64,000 nucleotides of DNA. It comes from Minisyncoccota bacterium (lineage in GTDB: Bacteria; Patescibacteriota; Minisyncoccia; Phycocordibacterales; UBA9973). Positions 38,599 through 47,489 of this stretch are shown here, in pieces (the stretch's first letter is position 1; every line of letters begins with the position of its first letter). The stretch lies in NCBI GenBank assembly GCA_035491955.1, contig DATJJU010000003.1:15306-79305 (forward strand), written 5' to 3'. The notes beneath the pieces were generated by a model. That model was not told the DNA's origin. It did not search any database and saw only the letters and a program-made list of their open reading frames with translations. The position numbers and the translations under genes were made by a program.

Positions 38599-40080
38599 CT
38601 ATTCTACATGAACCTTGATATCAGTTCGTTCATTCTTCAGCTTGAGGCCGAGCACAAAGAATGCTCCGACCATAACCAAGATAGCTGAGAACAAGAAGAC
38701 GTAGTTATAGGCATCAATCTGGGCTTTGAGCTCCACCAGCGTCACGTATTTCTGAATATCAAGAGCGGCATGACTTCTCAAAATGCTCAATGAATTGATA
38801 TGAAGGACATTATATTTGGTGCGACTGGTCAAAATAGTACCGAAGATGGCAATACCAAAGGCCCCAGCTACGTTACGAGCCAATGCCAATATTGATGATG
38901 CAACGCCGATTTCTTTTGGATCAACAACAGAGGCAATGACATTGGTTCGCTGCGCCATACCGAAACCAAGACCAAAGGCCATGACGCATAATGGAAGCAT
39001 CAGACTGAGCGCTGTGGACTTTGGATCAAGGAATGAGAAGAGATACAAACCGATAGCAGCCACGAAAGTGCTCCAGAAGATCACGTATCGCGCTTGCACT
39101 TTACCGATCAATGATCCGCCGAGCGGTGCTGCGAGCATCAGTGCGGCCGCCATTGGCATGAAGAGATAGCCTGTTTGTGTAGCATTGTAGCCAAGGAATG
39201 TTTGCGCAAACACTGGCAAGAGGAAGAGTCCGCCCATCAAGCCCATAAAGACCACGAAGTTGTTGAACAATGTATTGACGAATGCTGGTATCTTGAAGAA
39301 TCGCAAATCAACGATCGGCTCTTTGGCTCTGCGTTCGATGCGAATGAAGAGTACTGTCAAAAGCAGGATCAATCCGTAGCACAGCATGCTCCATGATGAC
39401 AGCCAGCCCCAGCTTGTGCCTTGATCAAGCACCAAGACAAGTGCCGAAAGCATGCCGCCAAGAGACAATGCGCCCCACCAGTCGAAGTACTGAGTTTTTG
39501 TTTCTGAACGAGACTCATTGATGAAGCGAATAGCCATCAAGAGTCCGAGAATACCGACCGGTAAGTTCACCAAGAAGACTGAGCGCCATCCCAAATGGTC
39601 GATCAGTGGGCCTCCGATCAGCGGACCAAAGACACTGGCAGCTGCAAATGAACTAGACCAGATGCCAAGCGCTTGCGCACGTTCCTTTCCTTCTTTAAAT
39701 GTTACCGCCAAGATAGCCATGGCTGTTGGGTAGTCCGCAGATCCGGCAATAGCCTGAATGACACGGAAGACAATCATAGAAGGAAGATTCCATGCTAAGC
39801 CCGCTAATACTGAACCGATAATGAAGATCGTAAAGCCGAGGATATAGACCTTCTTGCGGCCTATAGTATCCCCCAATTTGCCCCAAATTGGCACGAAGAC
39901 AGCGTTTGCCAGAATATATGCAGTAGCGATCCATCCGGCCGCAGAAACGGTAATATGGAAGTCTGTGATTATGTCCGGCAACGCCAGATTCACAATAGTC
40001 TGATCCAAGCGCCCCAAAAAAGTACCGACAATAACGGTCAAAAGAATCCACCAGCGCAAGTTGGATTTCTTCTCCTCCAT
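38599..40080 (-). CDS. DHA2 (EmrB/QacA) MFS transporter
   Basis: LDQTIVNLALP, GKLGD.IGRK, WRSVFLVNLPVG. Confidence 0.93.
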   Translation of the reverse strand: MEEKKSNLRWWILLTVIVGTFLGRLDQTIVNLALPDIITDFHITVSAAGWIATAYILANAVFVPIWGKLGDTIGRKKVYILGFTIFIIGSVLAGLAWNLPSMIVFRVIQAIAGSADYPTAMAILAVTFKEGKERAQALGIWSSSFAAASVFGPLIGGPLIDHLGWRSVFLVNLPVGILGLLMAIRFINESRSETKTQYFDWWGALSLGGMLSALVLVLDQGTSWGWLSSWSMLCYGLILLLTVLFIRIERRAKEPIVDLRFFKIPAFVNTLFNNFVVFMGLMGGLFLLPVFAQTFLGYNATQTGYLFMPMAAALMLAAPLGGSLIGKVQARYVIFWSTFVAAIGLYLFSFLDPKSTALSLMLPLCVMAFGLGFGMAQRTNVIASVVDPKEIGVASSILALARNVAGAFGIAIFGTILTSRTKYNVLHINSLSILRSHAALDIQKYVTLVELKAQIDAYNYVFLFSAILVMVGAFFVLGLKLKNERTDIKVHVE

Positions 40081-40082
40081 AT

Positions 40083-40718
40083 TTATTTTATATAGACCTT
40101 AATCTTGGCTGACATGCCATTCTTGAATTCTGGATGCGCAGCAACGTCATAGCGAACCTTCACATCGAAGTTCTGCTCTGCACGCTCATCTGAAATACTG
40201 AAGACGATGCCTGACTGATTGGAAGTAGGACTGACTTCATCGACAATGCCGGTGAATGTGTCGTTCCCAAATGCATCCACTGTGAATGTCACAGGCTGGC
40301 CGACTTTCACATCTGCCAAGCCTTTGTCTTCCGCCAAGGTACCGACAATGCGAAGCTGGGTGGGATCGATCATAGTGATGACTGCAGCACCAGGCTGAAA
40401 GACCTGACCAGGAGTGTTTTGCACGCTTGTCACAATGCCGTCTACTTGCGCAGACAATGTTTCTGAGCCAACGCGAGCCACAGGTTCGTTGGCGGTAACC
40501 TTATCGCCTGCCTTCACATAGACTTCTTGCAAGATGCCTGCTGCTTGAGGGCCGATATTAATAACTGGCGCACTGACAAGTGAGTCTTTGATAGATACGT
40601 ATGAAGATAATGACTTCCATACGATCACTGCACCGAGCAAGAGCGCTACGACAACAATGCCGACGACGCTTTGTACCCAGGGCTTTTGAAATAATGATTG
40701 TTTCTTAGGTTCTTCCAT
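40083..40718 (-). CDS. HlyD/EmrA-type adaptor (short)
   Basis: TM; V..GD.V lipoyl-like half; V.VGQ.V.FTVDAF. Confidence 0.85.
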   Translation of the reverse strand: MEEPKKQSLFQKPWVQSVVGIVVVALLLGAVIVWKSLSSYVSIKDSLVSAPVINIGPQAAGILQEVYVKAGDKVTANEPVARVGSETLSAQVDGIVTSVQNTPGQVFQPGAAVITMIDPTQLRIVGTLAEDKGLADVKVGQPVTFTVDAFGNDTFTGIVDEVSPTSNQSGIVFSISDERAEQNFDVKVRYDVAAHPEFKNGMSAKIKVYIK

Positions 40719-40719
40719 A

Positions 40720-41709
40720 TTATTGATTGATAGTAATACTGATAACGGCTTTGTTGGCAGCGACTGACTGTCCAGACTTCAGATCGGTGTCGATGAATGA
40801 CACAGTACCGCTGACCGGTGCCACGATGAGATCGTTTTGGTATGCACCAAGAGCAGCTTGATAGACGCCTTCAGCAGAATCCACAGCTGCTTTGGCAGTG
40901 TTAGCTTTTGAACCAGCCGAGAGATTAGCCTCATATTGGCTCAAGACCTGATCGCGAGTAGACACAGCGAGGTCATACGCATTTTTGTTTTGAACATAGT
41001 TTGAAGACTGAGTGTTTGGAATATTCACTGTCCACTTTGTTGCTCCAGAAAATCCTTGCACGAATGTTACGAACAAACCACAAGAGCCGAGCGGCTGAGG
41101 AGTGTTATAGGTAACCTGACCTCCGCCTTTTTCAAGACCGCTATAGGTGAATGAAAATCCTGAAGTAGCGCCTGATGGATATGGAGTAATAGTGTAAGAG
41201 CCTTGCTGTTCACAAGTATATGTACCGCTGATAGTTGGTACATGACTATCGTCCTGAACTGTTGGCGTAGCAGTCAAACCACTAGAAAGAAGCGTGCGGT
41301 ATGCATTCTGTACGAGCACATCCTGTTGCTTCTTGGCATTGGCATACTGCACATCCTGAGAAGCATACTGAGCTTGTGCCAGCTCAAGAGCGCCTTTGGC
41401 CTGACTGACAGCACCCAGAGCACTGCTGCTGTCCAAAGAAGCAAGAGTCTGCCCTTTTGTGACATGGTCACCAACTTTGACAGAGACAGATGCGACACGG
41501 CCTCCCTGTGGGAATGCTAAGTCAAACTGGTTGTCTGATGAGTTTGTAATAACTGTCCCTGAGGTCGCAGACCCTGAGGAGACCTGACTAGCAGGAAGGC
41601 TGACGATGGGAGCAACCCCGACACTGCGGTACAAAAAGAATCCAGCAACAATGGCAATGACTGCCACGATGGGAATGATAAGTTTCGGTTTATGTATAAA
41701 TGCTGTCAT
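40720..41709 (-). CDS. Membrane-fusion/adaptor-like protein with inserted beta domain
   Basis: LAF..GGRV..V.VKVGD.V.KGQ.LA.LD; IVAPVSGTV. Confidence 0.8.
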   Translation of the reverse strand: MTAFIHKPKLIIPIVAVIAIVAGFFLYRSVGVAPIVSLPASQVSSGSATSGTVITNSSDNQFDLAFPQGGRVASVSVKVGDHVTKGQTLASLDSSSALGAVSQAKGALELAQAQYASQDVQYANAKKQQDVLVQNAYRTLLSSGLTATPTVQDDSHVPTISGTYTCEQQGSYTITPYPSGATSGFSFTYSGLEKGGGQVTYNTPQPLGSCGLFVTFVQGFSGATKWTVNIPNTQSSNYVQNKNAYDLAVSTRDQVLSQYEANLSAGSKANTAKAAVDSAEGVYQAALGAYQNDLIVAPVSGTVSFIDTDLKSGQSVAANKAVISITINQ

Positions 41710-41710
41710 A

Positions 41711-42145
41711 TTATTTTGCGAGCGTACTGATAATATCTGATAAATGCTGTTTTTGTTCTGCTGATAATTTCTTGAGCATGATAGCCAAGAGCTTGGCTTT
41801 TTTCTTTTGCAAAGACAGTGCCAGCTTCTGAGCCTTGGGTGTGAGCGCAATGCGCACGCTGCGGCGGTCATTGGCCAATGTCACGCGCTTCACCAGCTTG
41901 TTCTGCTCCATCACATCGATAATGGTCGTCACAGACGGCGGCGTAATGCGCAAAAATCCGGCAATCTCTTTCATGGTCGGATTTTTGCGCTCCCGAATAA
42001 ACTGCATGATTTCCAAATGCGAATGAGGGCAGTGCAAGCTCGCAGTCTCTTTGCGATACCAGTCGCTCATGCTGCGCTTGAACACGCCAATCAGCTGCTG
42101 AAATTCATCAATATCAAAACTCTTTTTTGGCAATGCTTTTGTCAT
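41711..42145 (-). CDS. MarR family regulator
   Basis: wHTH; LVKR....DRR.V...LT; TTAG-N5-CTAA site just upstream. Confidence 0.9.
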   Translation of the reverse strand: MTKALPKKSFDIDEFQQLIGVFKRSMSDWYRKETASLHCPHSHLEIMQFIRERKNPTMKEIAGFLRITPPSVTTIIDVMEQNKLVKRVTLANDRRSVRIALTPKAQKLALSLQKKKAKLLAIMLKKLSAEQKQHLSDIISTLAK

Positions 42146-42284
42146 AATTATTAGCTAAACTAACTATTAGCTTTCCTCATAATACCCGACCATCTGCAAA
42201 AAGTCAAAACTCCACCCTATTTGACAAAACAGGTCTTTATATTGTAATATAGGAACAAATTGTTACACCAAAAAACTATACAAT

Positions 42285-42644
42285 ATGAAAAAAGTATTTA
42301 TTATCGCTTCCCTTCTACCATTAGTTGCATGCCGTCGTACTGAGCCTATCAAAGTAGCTGGATTCTTACTGGTAGCCTCTCCTATTTCTACAAACAGAAT
42401 ACCGGGGTACACAGAAACTATCCTTATAGATACTTTGGACGACGAGTATTACCACAAACCTTTTACGGTCGCTGTTAAAACAGATAGCTTTGATTTCTGG
42501 GCCAAAGGAAAAACGACTTCAATGGATATGCCGCCCAGCGTTCGAGTAAAAGGATTACTCAAACTAGGCGCAGACGATACACTGGTCTGCAAGCGCGACT
42601 ACGCCCTCGAAAGCGAAGATCCTGACGAAAACCCGCCACGATAG
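42285..42644 (+). CDS. Putative small lipoprotein, orphan
   Basis: MKKVFIIASLLPLVA-C. Confidence 0.6.
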   Translation: MKKVFIIASLLPLVACRRTEPIKVAGFLLVASPISTNRIPGYTETILIDTLDDEYYHKPFTVAVKTDSFDFWAKGKTTSMDMPPSVRVKGLLKLGADDTLVCKRDYALESEDPDENPPR

Positions 42645-42678
42645 CTTGCATTTATTGAGAAGTGTGATATAGTAAAGA

Positions 42679-42818
42679 TGTTCATAAACAGGGTCGTAGA
42701 ATACCCTATAGTTGTTGAACAAATGGTGATGCAGTCATAATTGTGATTAATAGTTTCTGCTCGCCAAACAAGTACCAAATTTGTCAGCCCGGAGTTAAAT
42801 GATGATTCCGGGTTTTTT
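42679..42818 (+). ncRNA. Candidate structured small RNA E
   Basis: TTGCAT-16-TATAGT promoter; three hairpins plus terminator; no credible ORF. Confidence 0.5.
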
Positions 42819-42872
42819 ATTTGACAAAATATTGTTTGCATGTTATTTTGTAAAAAACAAAAACCCTTTACA

Positions 42873-43487
42873 ATGCATTCAGAATCACTCCCTCTCCCGA
42901 TCGGCGTCTCGCTTGGAAGAGGAATTTCTCGTAAAAAGATTTTTTTCGCTGGCATATCCAGCTACCTTCCTCATGGTGCAATGCTTAATGTCGTTGCAGC
43001 GGGCATATTAATAAAGCTCGGCTTGGTCAAACAAATCGTCTTCACTGGCGGCAAAACCCAGGGTCAAGACTGGTTTTCGGAAGCTGCGGAAATGAAAAGA
43101 GTCTTTATAAGACTTTTCCGCAACGTAGATCCTGAACTGATCCTTGTCGAGCCTTGTGCAATCGATACGCTTGGCAACATAGAGAATATGTTTCAGGCCG
43201 GCTTGTTACAAAAAGACTCGCCTGTGATCCTTCTGACTGTACGGCAGCATTTGCGTCGGTCCCAGATACTGTTTCGCAATATTGCAAACATGGAGACAGG
43301 CGGCATTTCTTCCCAAGATCTTATTTTAGAGCACGGCACTGCTGAACAGAAAAAATATGTTCGCCAGTACCAGGAGACGATTGAGTATCGCAAAGAGCTT
43401 GTCAAAGAATGGCTACTAAGGATCATCGTGAAATTTGATCCTCAAGGAAAAGGTTTGCGCAGAATAACTTCAAGGACAAGAGTCTGA
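42873..43487 (+). CDS. YdcF/DUF218 family protein
   Basis: FTGG, SEA..MK, ILVE..A.DT.GN, T...HL.RS. Confidence 0.8.
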   Translation: MHSESLPLPIGVSLGRGISRKKIFFAGISSYLPHGAMLNVVAAGILIKLGLVKQIVFTGGKTQGQDWFSEAAEMKRVFIRLFRNVDPELILVEPCAIDTLGNIENMFQAGLLQKDSPVILLTVRQHLRRSQILFRNIANMETGGISSQDLILEHGTAEQKKYVRQYQETIEYRKELVKEWLLRIIVKFDPQGKGLRRITSRTRV

Positions 43488-43538
43488 GATCAAAAAACTA
43501 AAACACCCATTATAGAAAATATATAGGGTGTTTTTTTA

Positions 43539-44555
43539 TTATAAAATTGTATGCTCGGCAGTAAAATCGATGGTTTGCGTCTGCATGGCATTTGCTTTAG
43601 CAATGTAGTGATTAATCGCAAAGGTGCAGCCAATGATTGCAACAACCATTACTCCATTTAGTATAAGATCGGGGTGGTGATGGCTGATTTTAATCCCAAT
43701 ATTAAGAAATACTGCCAGAGCTACAATTCCAAAAATAATCCCTAGAATAATATTTGTTGTCGTGCGAGGAGAAGCGAACATTCGCTGGAATAGGTTTGAC
43801 TGCTGTGCTGGAGCCGCAGGTTCTACTGAAACAACAGGTACTACTGGCGCTACCGCAGGTGCAATGGCAACTACAGCGGGTTTCGATACCAATTTTGAAG
43901 GCTTGGTCTTAGTGGTACTTTCAGCTCCTAGAACATGAACTGTTGAATTTGAAGCAGAAGTAATAGGAGTAGATACTGTTTGCGCAGGAACTGCAGCAGG
44001 ATGAGCAAAATCTTGTGCCACAAAAATGGCAGGATATCCCTGATACATCCCAGAGGCAACACCAGTTCCTACTTGCGTATAATTTGCTTTCAAAATGTTT
44101 TCTCGGTGCGTCGGACTATTCATCCATGCAGCTGTTACATCATTTGCGTTTGTAAAATCAACTGCAAGATTTTCTCCGGCAGATGAGTAGTAATACCCCA
44201 CCTTATCAAACCAATACCATGGCGTTTTCCCATCCGGGCTAGTGTGTGCAAAATAACTATTCGCTGCCATATCATTAGCTTTTGCCTGTGCTGCTTCGTT
44301 AAGCAATGAGTTAACAGTGAGGGGTTGTAGGCTATACTGCGCACGTTCATTATTTATTAAAGTTGAGAGAACCTCCGGAGTAATATTTCCCGTGTCCGCT
44401 CTGCTAATTAGTGCAATAGTAGGTATTAAGAAAGCAAATACTTCAATAAAAAATACAAATCCGATAATACGATGAGCATTTTTTTCATGCAAAATAAGGG
44501 GGCGATGGCCATTTCCTTCATGCGGGATAAAATGTAATTTTAACCACTGAAACAT
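43539..44555 (-). CDS. Membrane CAP domain protein
   Basis: HFIPHEGN.HRP, YFAHTSP, GENLA, WMNSPTHRENIL. Confidence 0.9.
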   Translation of the reverse strand: MFQWLKLHFIPHEGNGHRPLILHEKNAHRIIGFVFFIEVFAFLIPTIALISRADTGNITPEVLSTLINNERAQYSLQPLTVNSLLNEAAQAKANDMAANSYFAHTSPDGKTPWYWFDKVGYYYSSAGENLAVDFTNANDVTAAWMNSPTHRENILKANYTQVGTGVASGMYQGYPAIFVAQDFAHPAAVPAQTVSTPITSASNSTVHVLGAESTTKTKPSKLVSKPAVVAIAPAVAPVVPVVSVEPAAPAQQSNLFQRMFASPRTTTNIILGIIFGIVALAVFLNIGIKISHHHPDLILNGVMVVAIIGCTFAINHYIAKANAMQTQTIDFTAEHTIL

Positions 44556-44636
44556 AGAAATATAATACATAAAAATTAATGTTTTGTCTATAGTGCAGTA
44601 AAAAGCCCTCGGACGGAGGGCTTTTTTACAATAAGC

Positions 44637-45848
44637 TTATGGAAGCTGAGGCATTGGAAGGTTAAGACTTGGGCAGACAATATTGTTTATGTCACGCTTA
44701 GTCGTCTTATAAACATAGCCTGTACCGACAAGATTCGGATTACCGAGATTCTTCCATGGAACCAAGACTTGTACTGATTCCTTTTCTTGGAATTGCTTTA
44801 CTGCTGCAAAGGTCTGAGGTCCATATGAACCATCTATCTTTATATTTGCGTGAATAAAGTAATTGAGGAAAGCCTGCAAGTTTGTTACATTTTGTTTGTC
44901 ATTCTTTGCACCAAGCTTCACATAACTAGTAATGTATTCTCCACAACTGTTTGGGGTGTCTGTACTTGCACCCAAAACCTGGCCTGCAGGTTTGCCGCCC
45001 GTACTTCCTCCAGAAGTACCTCCTGATCCACTACCACCAAGAATTGTGGTAGGAAGAATACCGCTTGAGCCTCCCCCGCCACCGTTACCACCTCCATCTG
45101 ATGGAGTAGTCGCTGGTGTGGTTGGAACATTGAACGCTACACAGTGGTAAGTTGTGCCCGCTACAGGATTTCTAATATATTCGAAGTTGTCATAATTCAA
45201 ACCGTCGGTTTCGCAATAGAATTCAGCACTGTCTGAATTGCTATTATCGCGAGTTGATTCATTGAAGGTGAAAGGAATGTATCCTGTCTGCAATACTTCA
45301 CGTACGTGGTACTGAGAAACAGTATTAGGAAATGGAACAGTAACAGTTGTTGAGCCATTTGCATCGGTAGGACCAAAAGTATTCCAGTCCCCAGATGCCT
45401 CACCAATGAAGTCATTGGCTACATCGGTAGGATTGGTATCCTGGTAACTCCACTGAAATCTCCAATTCGGAGCCAAGTGACAGTGACCATTACTGTTCGC
45501 TACATAATCTGAAGCCGTAGTAGCGGTAATTGATGTGCCGTTTCCAAGATGCGGTGAGTAGTCGTCAGTATCACAAATCACCTTGGTTGCTTCTATGGTG
45601 ATAGTAGGTACAGACGGAGTCTGAGTATCAATATCAGGATTAGAAACATCAGGACTCTGAGTTTCATCTGTATCTGTAGTAATAACAAGATCCGGAACTG
45701 AAGGGGTCTCAGTTACGATAGAAGGCTCAGTGACTACAGGACTCTGCGTATTGTCATCAGCATGTACTACAGTAGCCATTCCTTTGAATAACAAAGAAGC
45801 GCTCACGAGCAACACTAGCATCCCTAACAATAAATGACTTTTTTTCAT
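44637..45848 (-). CDS. Secreted protein with C-terminal peptidoglycan-binding domain
   Basis: Signal peptide, Gly-rich linker, GQVLGA, LQAFLN, YGPQT.AAVKQFQ. Confidence 0.82.
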   Translation of the reverse strand: MKKSHLLLGMLVLLVSASLLFKGMATVVHADDNTQSPVVTEPSIVTETPSVPDLVITTDTDETQSPDVSNPDIDTQTPSVPTITIEATKVICDTDDYSPHLGNGTSITATTASDYVANSNGHCHLAPNWRFQWSYQDTNPTDVANDFIGEASGDWNTFGPTDANGSTTVTVPFPNTVSQYHVREVLQTGYIPFTFNESTRDNSNSDSAEFYCETDGLNYDNFEYIRNPVAGTTYHCVAFNVPTTPATTPSDGGGNGGGGGSSGILPTTILGGSGSGGTSGGSTGGKPAGQVLGASTDTPNSCGEYITSYVKLGAKNDKQNVTNLQAFLNYFIHANIKIDGSYGPQTFAAVKQFQEKESVQVLVPWKNLGNPNLVGTGYVYKTTKRDINNIVCPSLNLPMPQLP

Positions 45849-45917
45849 AAAAAATTCCTCAAAACTTAATAAAATAGTGACTATCTGCACACTACATCTC
45901 CTTTCTTATTTTGTCAA

Positions 45918-46142
45918 CTATCTGCGCGTTGAGAGATCTTTTATAAGCATAAAGCAGAAAAGAGCTACAAAAGATACGAAAAAGCACACTGTTCCAAATG
46001 TATCTTCCCGTGGCCATGGGAGTAAATGCGTGAGAGGTAGTGCCAAGGTCGTTGGATGAAAAACTGCATTCTCTGCAATATAAAACCAGCCTGAAAAACA
46101 AAAGAAAAATAAGGTAAATGTAAAAGCCTTTAGAAATCTCAT
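45918..46142 (-). CDS. Small two-TM protein
   Basis: HP.TL..PLTH....PREDTFG; coupled to the GH gene. Confidence 0.65.
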   Translation of the reverse strand: MRFLKAFTFTLFFFCFSGWFYIAENAVFHPTTLALPLTHLLPWPREDTFGTVCFFVSFVALFCFMLIKDLSTRR

Positions 46143-46143
46143 A

Positions 46144-47430
46144 TTAATTCAACCCACTCGAGAGAAAACCTTGCATTGTTTGATAAGCAGGCTTTTGCGA
46201 ATAATCATTTCGAACAAGACCGAAAAAGTTTTCATTAGTATCAGTTGTAGTTCCCCCATCTCTGTAGGTATACCAGAATAGTGGGCCAGCCCAACTATAT
46301 GATTTATAGAGATTTATGGTATCCGTAACCATCTTTGATTGCTGATCTTCACTAAGATACCACTTTGAATCAGGACCATTTGTTGGAGCGCCGTATTCAG
46401 TGATCCATATCTGCTTTGCGCTATCACCATTCGCATTCATTATACTTCGTACACTAGGGTTACCATTACTCATGCCAGCCCATGCATTTGTAGAATTTGC
46501 AGAAGGAAGCGCAGGAAATGTGTACGGATGATAGCCAACTGCATCAAAGTAATTTTTACCACCGTCCTTATAAACACACTGTAAGAAATCTAGAGGAGCA
46601 ATATTAACATTAGTATTAGCAACCTGAGCCAACCCTCCTGTTATGACATACGCGCCCGGGTCAGCCTTCTTAATAGCTGGGTATACAGCTTTGAGTAGAG
46701 TTGTATATGCTCCACAATCTGACTTGGTAGCCCAAAAATCGTAATCATTTTCTTCATTCCAAATCTCCCAGTAATGCATCCCGTAGCTCTTGTAGCGATT
46801 AACTAAAGCTGTAGCAAATGTCGCAAACTGATTCGGATCATTTGGTGGGCAATGAGCGCCTCCAGTACAACCGGCCGTTCGAGCCCATGGCGGAGTGTTA
46901 ATAATAATACCGAGCCCTACAATACCGTGTTTCTTTAATGAGTTTGCAATTCGATCGTACTTACTCCAATCGTATTGTGAAGCAGAGTTTTGTTGTACAA
47001 AACCCCAATCGATGTCATATCGAACAATTTTCACACCCATAGCTTGCATGCCACTTACTTCTTTTTCAAGATCTGTATCATTCAAACCAGTTAGTTGGCT
47101 ACCCATAGCCATGCCTATACGGTGTGGAAGTGGTGCAACAGGAGTATAAAGACCGCCAAGAGGTTTTGTGGCATCGCTGAGGGTAGCTTTGGTACTAGTA
47201 TCAATAGGATTAGGCGTACTAGTATCGATCGCCAATGGTGTAGTATCAGCAGTAGCTGGGTTTTGTGCAATAGGCGCTACTACCGGCATTATTTTAGAAT
47301 TTTTATATATAAGTGCCAAACGATACCCAAAAAAAATAATGGCAAGAAAACATAAAAAAAAGGTTGTATTACGCGCCGCCCTATTCTTTTGAGATGGAAT
47401 GCCGCCTGATTCTGGCTTCTTTAATAACAT
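46144..47430 (-). CDS. Membrane-anchored clan GH-A glycoside hydrolase (GH5/GH39-like)
   Basis: WEIWNEE, DAVGYHPY, IWITEYG, FGLV. Confidence 0.88.
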   Translation of the reverse strand: MLLKKPESGGIPSQKNRAARNTTFFLCFLAIIFFGYRLALIYKNSKIMPVVAPIAQNPATADTTPLAIDTSTPNPIDTSTKATLSDATKPLGGLYTPVAPLPHRIGMAMGSQLTGLNDTDLEKEVSGMQAMGVKIVRYDIDWGFVQQNSASQYDWSKYDRIANSLKKHGIVGLGIIINTPPWARTAGCTGGAHCPPNDPNQFATFATALVNRYKSYGMHYWEIWNEENDYDFWATKSDCGAYTTLLKAVYPAIKKADPGAYVITGGLAQVANTNVNIAPLDFLQCVYKDGGKNYFDAVGYHPYTFPALPSANSTNAWAGMSNGNPSVRSIMNANGDSAKQIWITEYGAPTNGPDSKWYLSEDQQSKMVTDTINLYKSYSWAGPLFWYTYRDGGTTTDTNENFFGLVRNDYSQKPAYQTMQGFLSSGLN

Positions 47431-47489
47431 TACTATCTATGCTACAATATATCGGCAATAAAGTGAAGCATTTGCAATGCTTAACGCCT

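Noticed and set aside
9493-45848. Integron cassette array or prophage explaining the orphan patchwork
   Set aside because: No integrase, attC sites or phage genes; genes lie in both orientations with their own promoters
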